Shown: positions 31,284 through 45,090 of the stretch, in pieces
How positions within the stretch are numbered: the first letter of the stretch is position 1
Layout: each line of letters starts with the position of its first letter
Source: Eledone cirrhosa
Taxonomy: Eukaryota
Assembly (NCBI GenBank): GCA_964016885.1
Contig: OZ024758.1
Location: 23,002,001 to 23,066,000, forward strand
DNA length: 64,000 bases
Direction of reading: 5' to 3'
Translations under genes and position numbers: made by a program
The notes under the pieces: model-generated
What the model was told of the DNA's origin: nothing
The model's input: the letters and a program-made list of their open reading frames with translations, nothing else
Databases searched by the model: none

Positions 31284-31694
31284 GTATAATGATACATGAC
31301 GTACCCTGAGATGTTAAATGGTTAAGATTTAAATCTTAACCATTTAACATCTATAATAATTGTTTCTACTTTTGGCACAAGGCTAGCAATTATCCCAGTG
31401 TATTGCTGGTACTTTGCCTTTCATCCTTACGAGGTCGATAAAATAAAGTTAACCTCGGCGGGATTTGAACTCATCTATAATAATAATAAGTTGACGGACC
31501 CAGCATATTTATCAATGCCAGTACCGGTTGTATCTCCGCGTACTCCATGGGCAATGTAAGATACATTCCCAGAGTATACACATAGTTATTCGCTTCAATA
31601 CATCACACGTAAAACGGGTGCCTATAATAGTTCCCGGACTCGAGTTTCGGCCACACTTAATGCAGCAGTCTGCTCAACTCACGGTATGTCTACT

Positions 31695-31880
31695 CGACTC
31701 AAGTCGTCCACTTAAGACAGGACATGTCCACTCGACTCAAGTCGTCCACTTGAGACAGGACAAGTCCGCTCGACTCAAGACAAGTCCGCTCGACTCAAGA
31801 CAAGTCCGCTCGACTCAAGACAAGTCCGCTCGACTCAAGACATATCCACTCAACTCAAGACATATCCACTCAACTCAAGA
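31695..31880. repeat. 20-bp minisatellite
   Basis: Unit gacaagtccgctcgactcaa. Confidence 0.85.
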
Positions 31881-32638
31881 CACGACACTCATCACCACCA
31901 CCATACGACCACCACCATTACCACCACCACAACTCCCCCCCCCAAAAAAAAATTTTTTGGCCTTGTGCCTAAATCAGAAAACCATATTTACTAATATAAT
32001 AGCCAGGTGTATTTGTCCGTCACACACTAGAGATGACTGAGGAAGGAAGGGGTGATAACGTTGACTGAGGAAGGAAGGGGTGATAACGTCGACTGAGCAA
32101 GGAAGGGGTGACTATGCCGACTGAGGAAGGAAGGGGTGATAACGTCAACTGAGCAAGGAAGGGATGACTACGTCGACTGAGGAAGGAAGGGGTGACTATG
32201 CCGACTGAGGAAGGAAGGGGTGATAACGTCGACTGAAGAAGGAAGGGGTGACTACGCCGACTGAGGAAGGAAGGGGTAATGACGTCGACTGAGGAAGGAA
32301 GGGGTGATAACGTCGACTGAGGAAGGAAGGGGTGTCTAATACACACACATCTGTTATGACTGAGGAAGGAGGGGCGGGAGGAACTATAGAAGTCCAGCGT
32401 TCTAAGATTCGTCACAGGTGTGTGCTTGTATGTTTGTATTACTTGTGTGAGTGAGCGTGGAGAAACCAACCAGCCAACAAACAAACAAACAAACACCTCT
32501 TTTTTATATTATGTATATATATTATAATTAGCCGCCATTTTTTATGGCAAGGACCAGCTAGTTACGACAATAATCTTTATTTATCTTTTTATTTTCCAGA
32601 ACTGTGGAGAAGAGAGACAGTTTGTCTATGTACACGTT

Positions 32639-32704
32639 ATGAAATCATTGCAACAATTTTTTACTCTATTGAAAAAGCACATTTTGCTCAGAAGACGTCA
32701 ACCA
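32639..32704 (+). CDS. ABCA1-like: ABCA-subfamily transporter, first coding exon (exon 32600-32704 includes 39 nt of 5' UTR): MKSLQQFFTLLKKHILLRRRQP
   Basis: Acceptor ttttccag at 32599, donor GTAAGT at 32705. The 22-aa, 66-nt coding part matches the length and pattern of the ABCA1 N-terminal exon (QL.LLLWKN...RRRQ). Confidence 0.92.
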
Positions 32705-35459
32705 GTAAGTTTTATTCTGTTCTGATCCTCCATTCCGTCATTAGGGTTTCCTCATAATCCCTTGCGTGTGTATTTATGGCTGTGTTTTGTTGGTCAGTAT
32801 TATGTAAGTATTTTAGGGGTAGATATTTCTGGTAGTATGTTGTATAGTTTATGTCTTGAATATATTATTTTATCTTCATGGTTTCAAGTCTGTCAGTTAT
32901 TTGTGTTTTCTTAACCCTTTAACATCTACATTACTCTATATTTACTATTGTATTTTCCCGGTAAATAGTTTATCATACAGAATTATCTCACATAACATCT
33001 CACATAACATTTAAATTACTCTATATTTACTATTGTATTTTCCCGGTAAATGCTTTATCATACAGAATTATCTCACATAATATCTCACATAACATCTCAC
33101 ATAACATTTAAATTACTCTATATTTACTATTGTATTTTCCCGGTAAAGGCTTTATCATACAGAATTATCTCACATAATATCTCGCATAGCAATTATATTA
33201 CTCTATATTTACTATTGTATTTTCACGGTAAAGGCTTTATCTCACATAATATTTCACATAGCATTTACATTACTCTATATATACTATTATATTTTCATGG
33301 TAAAGGCTTTATCATACAGAATTGTCTCACATAATATCGAATCTATGAGATTTTGATATTATTTATTTTGAGAATGATACCTTAACATCAGTATGGGTCG
33401 CCAGTTACAGCCGGTTTGAACAGAAAGAGGTGAGGGAATTCTGACCAGATACGGCCATTTTAAGTGCTTAAGGGTTAAGACACTTTGTTTCAGTTGGACA
33501 TTAATTAGTACCATTCATTTCCAGACCTGAAGAAATATCTATTGCCATACTCATATAGAGTTTTTTCAAGACATGATTATTGCTAGTTAACATTATGAGT
33601 GGCCGGTTACGGTGAGTTTGAACAGAAAGAGATGAGAGAATTTTGACTGGATATGGCCGGTTTAAATGCTTAAAGGATTAAATCATTCATGTAAAAAAAG
33701 TTGACCTATAATCTGTTCGTACATTTTATAGCCATGTTATGTTTCGCTGAGGAGGGTCGGATTGGCAGTATCAGTAGAGGGTCGGACGCCATGCTTTGTA
33801 GCATAGTTACGGCTCTTTACGATCTCAGTTCAAATCCCGCCGGGGTTAACTTTGCCTTTCATCCTTACGGGTTCGATAAAATAAAGTACCAGTAATGCAC
33901 TGGGATAATTGCTGGCCTTGTGCCAATAGTAGAAACAATTATGTTTCGCTGAGTAATCTTGATAAAGGAGTAGTGATAGAAAGTCGTCCTGAAAAATACC
34001 ACATGTGATTTCAACATTCTCCGCAATCACAGATTTCTTTTCATTATTCAAAATAATAAGGGCGGTGGATTGGCAGTATCGGTAGAGGGTCGGACGCCAT
34101 GCTTTCCAGCATAGTTACGTCCCTTTATGATCTGAGTTCAAATCCCACCGAGGTTGACTTTGCCTTTCATCCTTACGGGGTCGATAAAATAAAGTACCAG
34201 TAATGCAGTGGGTAATTGCTGGCCTTGTGCCTAAAGTAGAAACAATTATTCAAAATAATTATTCAAAATAATTATTCAAAGTCAGTGTAATTTTCCATGA
34301 TCTCATACTAACAGATAGAACATTTCTTAACCATTTAGTATTTAAACCGGCTGTATCCAGTCAGAATTCTCTCACCTCTTTGTTCAAACTAGGTGTAACC
34401 AGCCTATCCTATTTATGTTAAGGTATCGTTCTCAAAATAAATAACAAAAATCTCATAGATTCAATATTATGTGATATAAAGCCTGTACTGTGAACATACA
34501 ATAGTAAATATAGAGTAATGAAATTGGGAAGGCGCCTATGGTCGTGAGTAGGGAGGTAGGCCAAGGACACCAGAAGTCTCCACTGCCAGGGGTACAACCG
34601 CAAACCTGTCGGGGAGCGACCGAAAAAAGTGGGCACTAATGCTACCTGGGGGCGTTGAGAAGGTCCAGGGAGGCACTGAGGACTAAGGTGGCGGTAGAGA
34701 TGATATAATAGTATATTAAATATCAAATGATACATATTATATATAGATATAGTAAAATAAGTGAAGGCGTGTGGCTGAGTGGTTAGAGAATTGGATTCAC
34801 AATCGTGAGATCGATTCCTGGCGATGCGTTATGTCCTTGAGCAAGACACTTTATTTCACGTTGCTCCTTTTACCCGGAGTTGCGACGGATAGATAGTATA
34901 GCAACTGGAAAGACCAACGGAAACATTGTTTCCTCGGTCCGATATGACGTAAGCCGGTCGTTAAAAAAATAGTAAAATAAAAAATATATAATATTTATTT
35001 ATGCATAGCATATATTATATTATTTATTATATCAAGGGTGGTGGATTGGCAGTATCGGTAGAGGGTCGGACGCCATGCTTTGAAGCATTGAGTTACGGCC
35101 CTTGCCATTCTGAGTTCAAATGCCGCCGAGGTTAACTTTGCCTTTCATCCTTACGAGGTCGATAAAATAAAGTACCAGTAATGCACTGGGAAATTTGCTG
35201 GCCTTGTGCCAAAAGTAGAAACAATTATATTATTTATTATATATAAATTAACAGAGTAATGGATTGGCAATATCGGTAGAGTCGGACGCCATTCTTTGCA
35301 GCATAGAGTTACGCGCCTTTACGGTCTGAGTTCAAATCCCGCCGAGGTTAACTTTGCCTTTCATTCTTACGGGGTCGATGAAATAAAGTACCAGTAATGT
35401 ACTGAGATACGAAGAAACAAATGAACCTAAAAACCTATAAGCTGCTTAGCAAATATGTA

Positions 35460-36125
35460 TTTGATAATGATTTTTACTATAGGCACAAGGCCAGCAATTT
35501 TTTTGCGGGGTGGGGTGAGGGTCAATTAAATTGACCCCAGTGCGTGACTGGTACTTCATTTTAATGAGTCCGTAAGCAAAACTAACCCAGGCGTGATTTG
35601 AATACAGAATGTAAAGGACCGTAACTCTATGCCGCAAAGCATGTTGTCCGACGCTCTACCGATACTGCCATAACTATGTATATAAGTTTCTAGTATAGGC
35701 ACAAGGCCAGTAATTTGGAGGAGGGGTAAGTCGATTAAATCGACCCCAGTGCGTGACTGGTACTTTATTTTATCGATCCCGTAAGGATGACAGGCAAAGT
35801 TGACCTCGGCGGGATTTGAACTCAGACCATAAAGGGTCGTAACTCTATGCTGCACAGCATGTCGTGCGACCCTCTACGGATACTGCCAATCCACCGCCCT
35901 ACTAATAATGGTTTCTTATATAGGCACAAGGCCAGTAATTTGGGGGGAGAGGAAAGTCGATTAAATCGACCCCAGTGCGTGACTGGTACTTTATTTTATC
36001 GACCCCATAAGGATGAAAAGCAAAGTTAACCTCGGCAGGATTTGAGCTCAGATCATAAAGATCCGTAACTCTATGGTGCAAAGCATGGCGTCCGACCCTC
36101 TCCCGATACTGCCAATCCACCGCCC
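35460..36125 (-). mobile_element. Three tandem copies of the longer SINE subfamily
   Basis: Each carries the extra ggggtcgatttaatcgact segment before the ggccttgtgcc tail. Confidence 0.85.
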
Positions 36126-36214
36126 TACTAATAATAATGATAACAAAAATAATATTTTAGTATTTTGTAATTATATTATTCCTTATATGTTTTTCTTTGT
36201 GTTTTTTTTTCCAG

Positions 36215-36308
36215 TCTTTACTACTACTAGAAATACTATGGCCAATTCTTGTTTTTGCAATTGTGGCCATTATTCGATCTGGCATTCCACCTTTCAAACT
36301 GGGAAAAT
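36215..36308 (+). CDS. ABCA1-like: ABCA exon, TM1: SLLLLEILWPILVFAIVAIIRSGIPPFKLGK(C)
   Basis: Poly-T ccag acceptor, GTGAGT donor, 94 nt, phase 0-1. Contains the LE..WP TM1 motif of the ABCA1/2/4/7/12/13 lineage. Confidence 0.93.
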
Positions 36309-36909
36309 GTGAGTAGAGATTTCATTCAATAATTTTTATATGTACATGTATGTAATGGTGGCTTATTATCTTAAGACAAATTGTCCCTTCTTTTTATGCC
36401 TTTATGATAAATAAAGAAATATATCTTAAGACAAATAGCAACACATCATGCAGGACTTACTGTATTAATCAATATTCAGAAACACTTTTTAAAAAACATA
36501 CACTTCTATTCAGATAATACCGTTTACTCATCATTCTTAACCTTCTGCAATATTTTATTCACAGTTTTATAAAAAAAAAAATATATAATGGTTGCTTCTG
36601 CTGGACACCACCAGAGGGCGTTTTCCCCGGTGTTTGCATAACTACGGCTTCCTAAAACCGTGTTTCTTTATAAATACGATATTTCTATACATATTTGTAT
36701 ACAGCTATGCCTGAAGCTAAATCCTATTTTTATATAATAATTGTTTCTTCTTTTGGCGCAAGGCCAACAATTACCCCCAGTGCTTTATTTTATCGACCCC
36801 GTAAGGATGAAAGGCAAAGTTTACCTCGGCGGGATTTGAACTCAGACCGCAAAGGGACGTAACTCTATGCTGCAACGCATGGCGTCCGACCCTCTACCGG
36901 TACAGCCAA

Positions 36910-37305
36910 TGCTTACAGAACGAAAGCACAAACAAATATAATATAAGTGAAAGGAAAAACAAAAAAGTAAGTGGAAAAGAAAAAAACTCAGAAGCAGGTA
37001 GCACACACATCTAGGACCACATACAACAAAAGACAGGCGAAAGGAGTGGACAACCGAGTCGCTACCAGAGTAAAAGATAACAGTATCACGAGGAGCACTG
37101 GGAAACCTCTTTAATAACTTTTTAGGCAAACCAGCACGTTCGTAGTGTTACCCCGGGTGATGGCGAGGCTGATGCGCTGGAACAGCCAAGCGCCCTCACG
37201 AGCATCACCAGTTACCCCTGCTAGGTGAGCCGCCATTGAAGATAGGAATCCCACAGCCCGTAGCCCGACTTCCCCAAACGTCACGAACACCACAGGCTGG
37301 GAAAT
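36910..37305 (-). mobile_element. CRE-like (restriction-like endonuclease) non-LTR 3' remnant; another at about 48185-48440 (+)
   Basis: LFQRISLAITRGN and LKRVSLAIVRGNA terminal motifs. Confidence 0.6.
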
Positions 37306-37699
37306 GTATATACAAACCTGAATAAATTTCAAAGCCCTTCTACAAATAGATGCAATTTACACATAACCTCGACAAACCTCACCAAATTTACAGTACTTCG
37401 ATAAACATAGATATTGATAATATCATGCAATGATAGCATTTTAACAGCACCAAAACACAATTGCCACACAATTGCCACACACACGCACACACGCACGCAC
37501 GCACGCACGCGCACACGCGCTCACGCGCACACGTGCACACGCGCACACACACTTCCTGGACCGGGCGATGCGTTGTGCCCTTGAGCAAGACACTTTATTT
37601 CACGTTGCTCCTTCTACCTGGAGTTGCGATCGATAGATAGTATTAGCAATTAGAAATACCAACGGAAACATTGTTTCCTCGGTCCGATTTGACGAATAG

Positions 37700-37783
<84 letters not shown>

Positions 37784-38189
37784 AGAATATGCTCCGAAAT
37801 CATTAGACGTGTCCGTCGAACCTGCGGGTCCAGAATCAGACAGATCCACACAATGATCGCGTCTTGAGCTACCCGCTGGCAAAACAATTGTAGCACGCAA
37901 TAAATTTTCAGATGCATCACTGATTTTTCGCTTTCCATTCTATCTTACTCTGCTCTGTAAGAGCATAGAGTGCTCAACCAGCATACCGCCTATGGAAGCA
38001 TCTTAGCTACCATCAGACACACACACACACAACACACAACACACAACACACACATATATATGTAGTGAGGTGCAGATAAAATCGGGGGGGGGGGATTAAT
38101 GGATAATAAAGTCTTTTTTTATATAACAAATCAATATATTTCGATGAAACTTTATATACAGTTAGGCACATATATATAAAGAACAAAAA

Positions 38190-38322
38190 TCACGTGATGT
38201 GGACACCACTTTCTCGAAGCTGGAGCAGGTCTTGACGCTGGCTTCCCTGTCCATGTTGGCCATGCCGTCCCTGATGGTCGCCTTGGGGGCCTCATTGGCG
38301 TTGTAGGGCCTACTGTTCACTT
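38190..38322 (-). pseudogene. Tc1/mariner transposase C-terminal remnant
   Basis: Translates VNSRPYNANEAPKATIRDGMANMDREASVKTCSSFEKVV, resembling the C-terminal helices that follow the SPDLNP motif. Confidence 0.45.
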
Positions 38323-38443
38323 CTTAATAACATTCAGTTAAAATCTTCAGACATGTTACAAATGTTAAGTAATGAATTCTCTGGTTGTTTTCTCTGGCAA
38401 CAGCTTATCCAACTTCAGCTGCCTACCTATTGACTCTCTACAC

Positions 38444-38772
38444 CAGGCCATGTCAAACTGAGCGGCGTCCCCTGATGGCCACATGGGTGACATATGTGTT
38501 GTCTGATGGCCACATGGGTGACATATGTGTTGTCTGAGGGCCACATGGGTCACATATGTGTTGTCTGAGGGCCACATGGGTGACATATGTGTTGTCTGAG
38601 GGCCACACACGACAACTAGTTGCGCACATTACAACTAATTTTTTTTAAATTTTATATTACGAAGATAAAACAAACTCGCGCTTTAAAAAAAAAAAACCTT
38701 TGTGCGGGCCACAGGTGCGCTTTTAAAGGGCCACATGCGGCCCGCCCGCGGGCTGCATATTTGACATGCCTG
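38444..38772. mobile_element. hAT/Charlie-type MITE with an internal 31-bp tandem repeat
   Basis: TIRs CAGGCCATGTCAAA / TTTGACATGCCTG; 8-bp TSD-like ctctacac/ctctacgg. Confidence 0.75.
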
Positions 38773-38930
38773 CTCTACGGGGTCATAAAATAAAGTACCA
38801 GTAATGCACTGGGGTCGCTTTAATCGACTTTCCCCTCCCCCTAAATTGCTGGCCTTGTGCCTAAAGTAGAAATAATTATAATAAATGTGTCTGTAATGTA
38901 ATAAAATAAATATTTGTCTCGATGTTTCAG

Positions 38931-39057
38931 GCGATTACCCCACCCGTGCTATGCCCAGTGCGGGCCTGATACCATTTATGCAGAATTTCGTTTGCAATCT
39001 TAACAATCATTGTGAAACGAAAGATATTTCTGTGAATGTCATGAAAGCGGAAGACAA
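38931..39057 (+). CDS. ABCA1-like: ABCA exon, start of ECD1: CDYPTRAMPSAGLIPFMQNFVCNLNNHCETKDISVNVMKAED
   Basis: tttcag acceptor, GTAATA donor, phase 1-2. Diagnostic C..P..AMPSAG..P..Q...CN.NN.C motif. Confidence 0.95.
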
Positions 39058-39087
39058 GTAATAAACTTTAGCTTTTTAATTGCCTTT

Positions 39088-40055
39088 GTTGTTGTTGTGA
39101 TTGTTGTTGTGGTTGTGATTGTTGTGGTTGTTATTGTTGTTGTGGTTGTTGTGTTCGTTGTTGTGGTTGTGGTTGTTGTTGTGGTGATTGTTGTTGTTGT
39201 TGTGGTGGTCGTTGTAGTGGTTGTTGTGGTTGTTGTTGTGGTGGTGGTTGTGGTTGTTGTGATTGTTGTGGTGGTTGTTGTGGTTGTTGTGGTTGTGGTT
39301 GTTGTTGTGGTGGTTGTGGTTGTTGTTGTGGTGATTGTGGTGGTTGTGGTTGTTGTGGTTGTTGTGGTTGTGGTTGTTGTGATTGTTGTGGTGGTTGTTG
39401 TGTTCGTTGTTGTGGTTGTTGTTGTGGTGGTGGTTGTTGTTGTGGTTGTGGTGGTTGTGGTTGTTGTGGTGGTTGTTGTGGTGGTTGTTGTGGTTGTGGT
39501 TGTTGTTGTGGTGATTGTTGTTGTGGTGATTGTTGTTGTGGTGATTGTTGTTGTGGTTGTTGTGGTGGTTGTTGTGGTGGTGGTGGTGGTTGTGGTTGTG
39601 GTGGTTGTTGTGGTTGTTGTTGTGGTGATTGTTGTTGTTGTGGTGGTCGTTGTTGTGGTGGTGGTGGTTGTTGTGGTTGTTGTTGTGGTGGTGGTTGTGG
39701 TTGTTGTGATTGTTGTGGTTGTTGTTGTGGTTGTTGTTGTGGTGATTGTTGTTGTTGCTGTGGTGGTCGTTGTTGTGGTTGTTGTTGTGGTGATTGTTGT
39801 TGTTGTGGTGGTGGTTGTGATTGTTGTGGTGGTTGTTGTTGTTGTTGTTGTGGTTGTGGTGGTTGTTGTGGTTGTGGTTGTGGTGGTCGTTGTGGTTGTT
39901 GTGGTTGTTGTGATTGTGGTTGTGGTTGTTATTGTTGTTGCCATGGTTGTTGTCGTGGTTGTTGTCGTGGTGGTTGTCGTGGTTGCTGTTGTTTTGGTTG
40001 CTGTTGTTGTCATGGTTGTTGCAGTTATGGTTTGTTGACATTGTTGTTGTTGTTA
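39088..40055. repeat. (GTT/GTG)n triplet repeat, intronic
   Basis: Begins about 30 bp after the donor at 39058. Confidence 0.95.
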
Positions 40056-40959
40056 CCAAGGGATTTGTGAAAGAAAACAAAATAAAAGAAAGAATGGCTG
40101 ATTGAAAGTTATCTTAGCATTTCATTATTCCGAAATTTTTATTTTGCTTTCTCACTCAATTCCCTCCAGAATTGTTAACTTTACAATCTAAGTCTCTTTC
40201 ATTGCATAGCTTTCTGTACAAATGGACTTTTCAGTCCATACTCCACAATGCTTCAAGCAAACTATCACACCTTATATATTTATTTCATTACTAGTCTGAA
40301 CTTCTCTTATTACCAGTAAGATAAATAGCTCAATGTAATAACATCAGTTGTTCTACAGAGCAGTTATATAGAAATCACATGATTCAAAGTTCTGTTCAAA
40401 CCATTTATTAGCTTACAATTGTTTCGTCCAAACCGAGGTTTGGAGTCTTCGGAGCAATTTTTTCTACTTCTGATAATTGTTTCTACTTTTAGGCACAAGG
40501 CCAGCAATTACTCAGTGCATTACTGGTACTTTATTTTATCGACCCCGTAAGGATGAAAGGTAAAGTCAACCTCGGCGGGATTTGAACTCAGATCGTAAAG
40601 GGACGTAACTATGCTGGAAAGCATGGCGTCCGACCCTCTACCGATACTACCAATCCACCAACTGATAATGTGTTTTGGGGTTTCTCTGTTAACTAGTTAT
40701 GGAATTCTTTCAACAATTCTTTAGCCGATTCTATACTGATACTGAAAAAGAGTTGCGTCCCTTTATGGTCTGAGTTCAAATCCCGCCGAGGTTAACTTTG
40801 CCTTTCATCCTTACGGGGTCGATAAAATAAAGTGCCAGTAATGTACTGGGATAATTGCTGGCCTTGTGCCAAAAGTAGAAACAATTATTAAATGACTGCC
40901 CACAAAGACATTCTACTCTAGAAACGTGTTTAATTACCTCAGGGAACTGTAATAAATAT

Positions 40960-42700
40960 AAAGAGAGCTATAGAGAGATCCTTGTAGAATATCTTTATAT
41001 ATAGAGGGCTGTAGAGAGATCCTTGTAGTATATCCTTATATAAAGAGGGCTTCAGAGAGATTCTTGTAGAATATCCTTATATAAAGAGGGCTGTAGAGAA
41101 ATCCTTGTAGAATATCTTTATAGAATATCCTTATATAAAGAGGGCTACAGAGAGATCCTTGTAGAATATCCTTATAGAATATCCTAATATATAAAGGGCT
41201 CTAGAGAGATCCTTGAAGAAAATCCTTATATATAGAGGGTTGTAGAGAGATCCTTGTAGAATATCCTAATATATAGAGCGCCATAGAGAGATCCTTGAAA
41301 AAAATCCTTATATATAGAGGGTTGTAGAGAGATCCTTGTAGAATATCCTAATATATAGAGCGCCATAGAGAGATCCTTGTAGAATATCCTAATATATAGA
41401 GCGCCATAGAGAGATCCTTGTAGAATATCCTAATATATAGAGCGCTATAGAGAGATCCTTGTAGAATATCCTAATATATAGAGCGCTATAGAGAGATCCT
41501 TGTAGAATATCCTAATATATAGAGCGCCATAGAGAGATCCTTGTAGAATATCCTAATATATAGAGCGCCATAGAGAGATCCTTGTAGAATATCCTAATAT
41601 ATAGAGCACTATAGAGAGATCCTTGTAGAATATCCTAATATATAGAGCGCCATAGAGAGATCCTTGTAGAATATCCTAATATATAGAGCACTATAGAGAG
41701 ATCCTTGTAGAATATCCTAATATTTAGAGCGCTACAGAGAGATCCTTGTTGAATATCCTAATATATAGAGCGCTATTAGAGATCCTTGTAGAATATCCTA
41801 ATATATAGAGCGCCATAGAGAGATCCTTGTAGAATATCCTAATATATAGAGCGCCATAGAGAGATCCTTGTAGAATATGCTAATATATAGAGCGCTATAG
41901 AGAGATCCTTGTAGAATATCCTAATATTTAGAGCGCCATAGAGAGATCCTTGTAGAATATCCTAATATATAGAGCGCCATAGAGAGATCCTTGTAGAATA
42001 TCCTAATATATAGAGCGCCATAGAGAGATCCTTGTAGAATATCCTAATATATAGAGCGCCATAGAGAGATCCTTGTAGAATATCCTAATATATAGAGCGC
42101 CATAGAGAGATCCTTGTAGAATATCCTAATATATAGAGCGCCATAGAGAGATCCTTGTAGAATATCCTAATATTTAGAGCGCCATAGAGAGATCCTTGTA
42201 GAATATCCTAATATATAGAGCGCTATAGAGAGATCCTTGTAGAATATCCTAATATATAGAGCGCTATAGAGAGATCCTTGTAGAATATCCTAATATTTAG
42301 AGCGCCATAGAGAGATCCTTGTAGAATATCCTAATATATAGAGCGCTATAGAGAGATCCTTGTAGAATATCCTAATATATAGAGCGCTATAGAGAGATCC
42401 TTGTAGAATATCCTAATATTTAGAGCGCTATAGAGAGATCCTTGTAGAATATCCTAATATATAGAGCGCCATAGAGAGATCCTTGTAGAATATCCTAATA
42501 TTTAGAGCGCCATAGAGAGATCCTTGTAGAATATCCTAATATATAGAGCGCCATAGAGAGATCCTTGTAGAATATCCTAATATATAGAGCGCTATAGAGA
42601 GATCCTTGTAGAATATCCTAATATATAGAGCGCTATAGAGAGATCCTTGTAGAATATCCTAATATATAGAGCGCCATAGAGAGATCCTTGTAGAATATCC
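40960..42700. repeat. 41-bp minisatellite, about 42 copies
   Basis: Unit tatagagcgcYatagagagatccttgtagaatatcctaata. Confidence 0.95.
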
Positions 42701-43098
42701 ACATAACATTAAATTCCTCACTGAATTATCTGATACTCCTACTTTCCTTACTATATTTGCTCATAAATGTTCTTGAATTTTCTAATGAAATAAATTAATA
42801 AAGAAAGTTCTCAAGTGCAGAAATGTTAAGATAGCTTATAAAATAGAGTGAAGCCCCTTAAAACGTTGAAAAATAAGTTTCCAGCAGCCAATGGCAACTT
42901 CTTTTTCTGTCTTTTAAGGGTCTTCACCCTATTTTAACTTAAATTTTGTTTTAATATGATTTTAATTTTTGAATTTAAATTGCCATGCAAAAATATTATA
43001 ATGGATGTCACCCCACTGTGCATCGATATATACATGTGTTTCTGTATGTCTCTTGTGTTGGAAAGGAGGTCATGTATGTAAACAATCATTGAAAAATT

Positions 43099-43143
43099 GC
43101 TCCGAAGACACCAAACCTCGGTTTGGACGAAACAATTGTAAGC
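43099..43143 (+). ncRNA. Hammerhead-like motif (CCGAAGA core); mirror copy at 40411-40455, minus strand
   Basis: gct CCGAAGA caccaaacc tc ggtttggac GAAA caattg TA agc; palindromic ACAATTGT. Confidence 0.65.
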
Positions 43144-43344
43144 TAATAAATGGTTTGAACAGAACTTTGATTCATGTAATTTCTATATAACTGCTCTGTA
43201 GAACAACTGATGTTATTACATTGAGCTATTTATCTTACTGGTAATAAGGTAGTAATAAATTACTGTCTTTCACTGTTTAGGGTTTAAAATATATATAACT
43301 ATAAAAAGTTTTAGTATATACATAGCCATAAATAGTATCCTTAA

Positions 43345-43410
<66 letters not shown>

Positions 43411-43577
43411 GAAGTAATTCCGTCGGAAAAGTCCAGGAAAAAAGAGTGCTCTATGTAGGTAACAGAGCTTATTCAATAAACAGACCAGGATTTTTTGATT
43501 CTGAGGATTGAAAGCAAAATATTTTGCTTTTAAGAAACCACTGGTAAATGGAATAATTGCCTTATGTTGTTTATTAC

Positions 43578-43619
<42 letters not shown>

Positions 43620-43628
<9 letters not shown>

Positions 43629-43923
43629 TAAACGGAATAGAAAATGCTGACAAATTGTTCAGTTGAAAAATGGTTTAATTAGGAATAAAAGAGTATTAGT
43701 GATTGTATGGGTTAGTATTCAGTTGTGGTTTTAAGTTTTTAAGTTTTTACCGGTTGCGCATTTCTAAATGCTTTTCAAAAATAATTTTGAGATAGAGTGT
43801 CCGTGCTGTTTTCTCTAATACTCTTTTATTCCTAATTAAACCATTTTTCAACTGTGAACAATTTGTCAGCATTTTCTATTCCGTTTACCAATATATAACT
43901 TGTGTGTTACACCTCTATTCTTT

Positions 43924-43928
<5 letters not shown>
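43620..43928 (+). mobile_element. Fold-back element in (TA)n with a degenerate U3-A8 hammerhead in the spacer (43746-43781, minus strand)
   Basis: Arms about 43620-43699 and 43815-43897. Spacer and tail are related to the element at 30900-31165. Confidence 0.65.
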
Positions 43929-43996
<68 letters not shown>

Positions 43997-44075
43997 TCAG
44001 TGCTTCAAAAGCCAAAAATTCGGCTTTGTGCAAATAAATTTTTTTTTTTTTTTCCTTTGTTATTTAAATATATAG

Positions 44076-44206
44076 TATTGAACAACTGGCTTCGAAAATG
44101 GCTCCTCTGGTAGCAGAAAACAGTTCAGTACCATCCTTGAAGAAACTGTTGACGATATTAGATTCCATAGGAAACATGAAAGGAAACGATATTGAAGAGA
44201 TTCTTG
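44076..44206 (+). CDS. ABCA1-like: ABCA ECD1 exon: (N)IEQLASKMAPLVAENSSVPSLKKLLTILDSIGNMKGNDIEEIL
   Basis: Poly-T ...tatag acceptor, GTAAAT donor, open frame, phase 2-1 compatible with both neighbours. Confidence 0.8.
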
Positions 44207-44530
44207 GTAAATTCATAAAATATTTTTTGGCATTTTTATACATCATCATCATCGTTTAACGTCTATCTTCCCCGCTAGCATGGGTTAGACACTGCCGGGT
44301 CTTAAATAATTGCCCCACCCCACTTAGTAATTTTCCAGATTTTTTCCACCACCAGTTCCCCCACCCATGCTTATTAAATTTTGCTAATCTATCTTATTTT
44401 AATTTGCTTTATACATTAAAAATTATTATACATGACAAAAGTACATTTCTAGAAATCACATACCTTATAAAATAAATTGGATGGGTTGGGGTCTCTGTAA
44501 TATGTAAACTAAATTACTAATTCTGTTGTT

Positions 44531-44601
<71 letters not shown>

Positions 44602-44839
44602 CATGGTCTGGTCGACTGTTGGGTGTGGCACAGATGACCTGGCAGCCAGCTCTCTCCATTCCTCTCCGCCATCCCCCGTGGTTGCACCCAGCCTCATGCC
44701 TGACCATTCTGGGATGTTGTCCTCCCATCTCTTTCTCAGCCTCTCATCATTCCTCCTCGTACTATTCCCTGCAGGACAATCTTGGCAAGCCCTGAAGATC
44801 TTGTCACATGCCTGTACCATCTCTAAGCCATGCGCCTTG

Positions 44840-45090
44840 TGAAGGCGCATGGCTTAGTGGTTAGAGCATTGGGCTTGCAATCGAAAGGTTGTGAGTTCAA
44901 TTCTCGGACCAGGGGTTGTGTTGTTTCCTTGAACAAGACACTTTATTTCACGTTGCTCCAGTTGACTCAGCTGTAGAAATGAGATGATAGGACTGGGGTC
45001 CCTATCATTAAATTACCCAAGGCACCTCCAACGAGATATACCTTGGAGGAGGCCAGCTAAACCTGCATAGGTGTGAGCTGTCACACACTC
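44840..45090 (+). mobile_element. CORE-type SINE interrupting an RTE LINE (related heads at 34763 and about 37555)
   Basis: gaaggcgcatggcttagtggttagag...ccttgaacaagacactt; accatctc is repeated at about 44816 and 45092. Confidence 0.7.

Noticed and set aside
39039-40080. Poly-Thr (mucin-like), poly-Val and poly-Asn/His ORFs
   Set aside because: Intronic (GTT/GTG)n repeat with no unique coding flanks or supporting splice sites.
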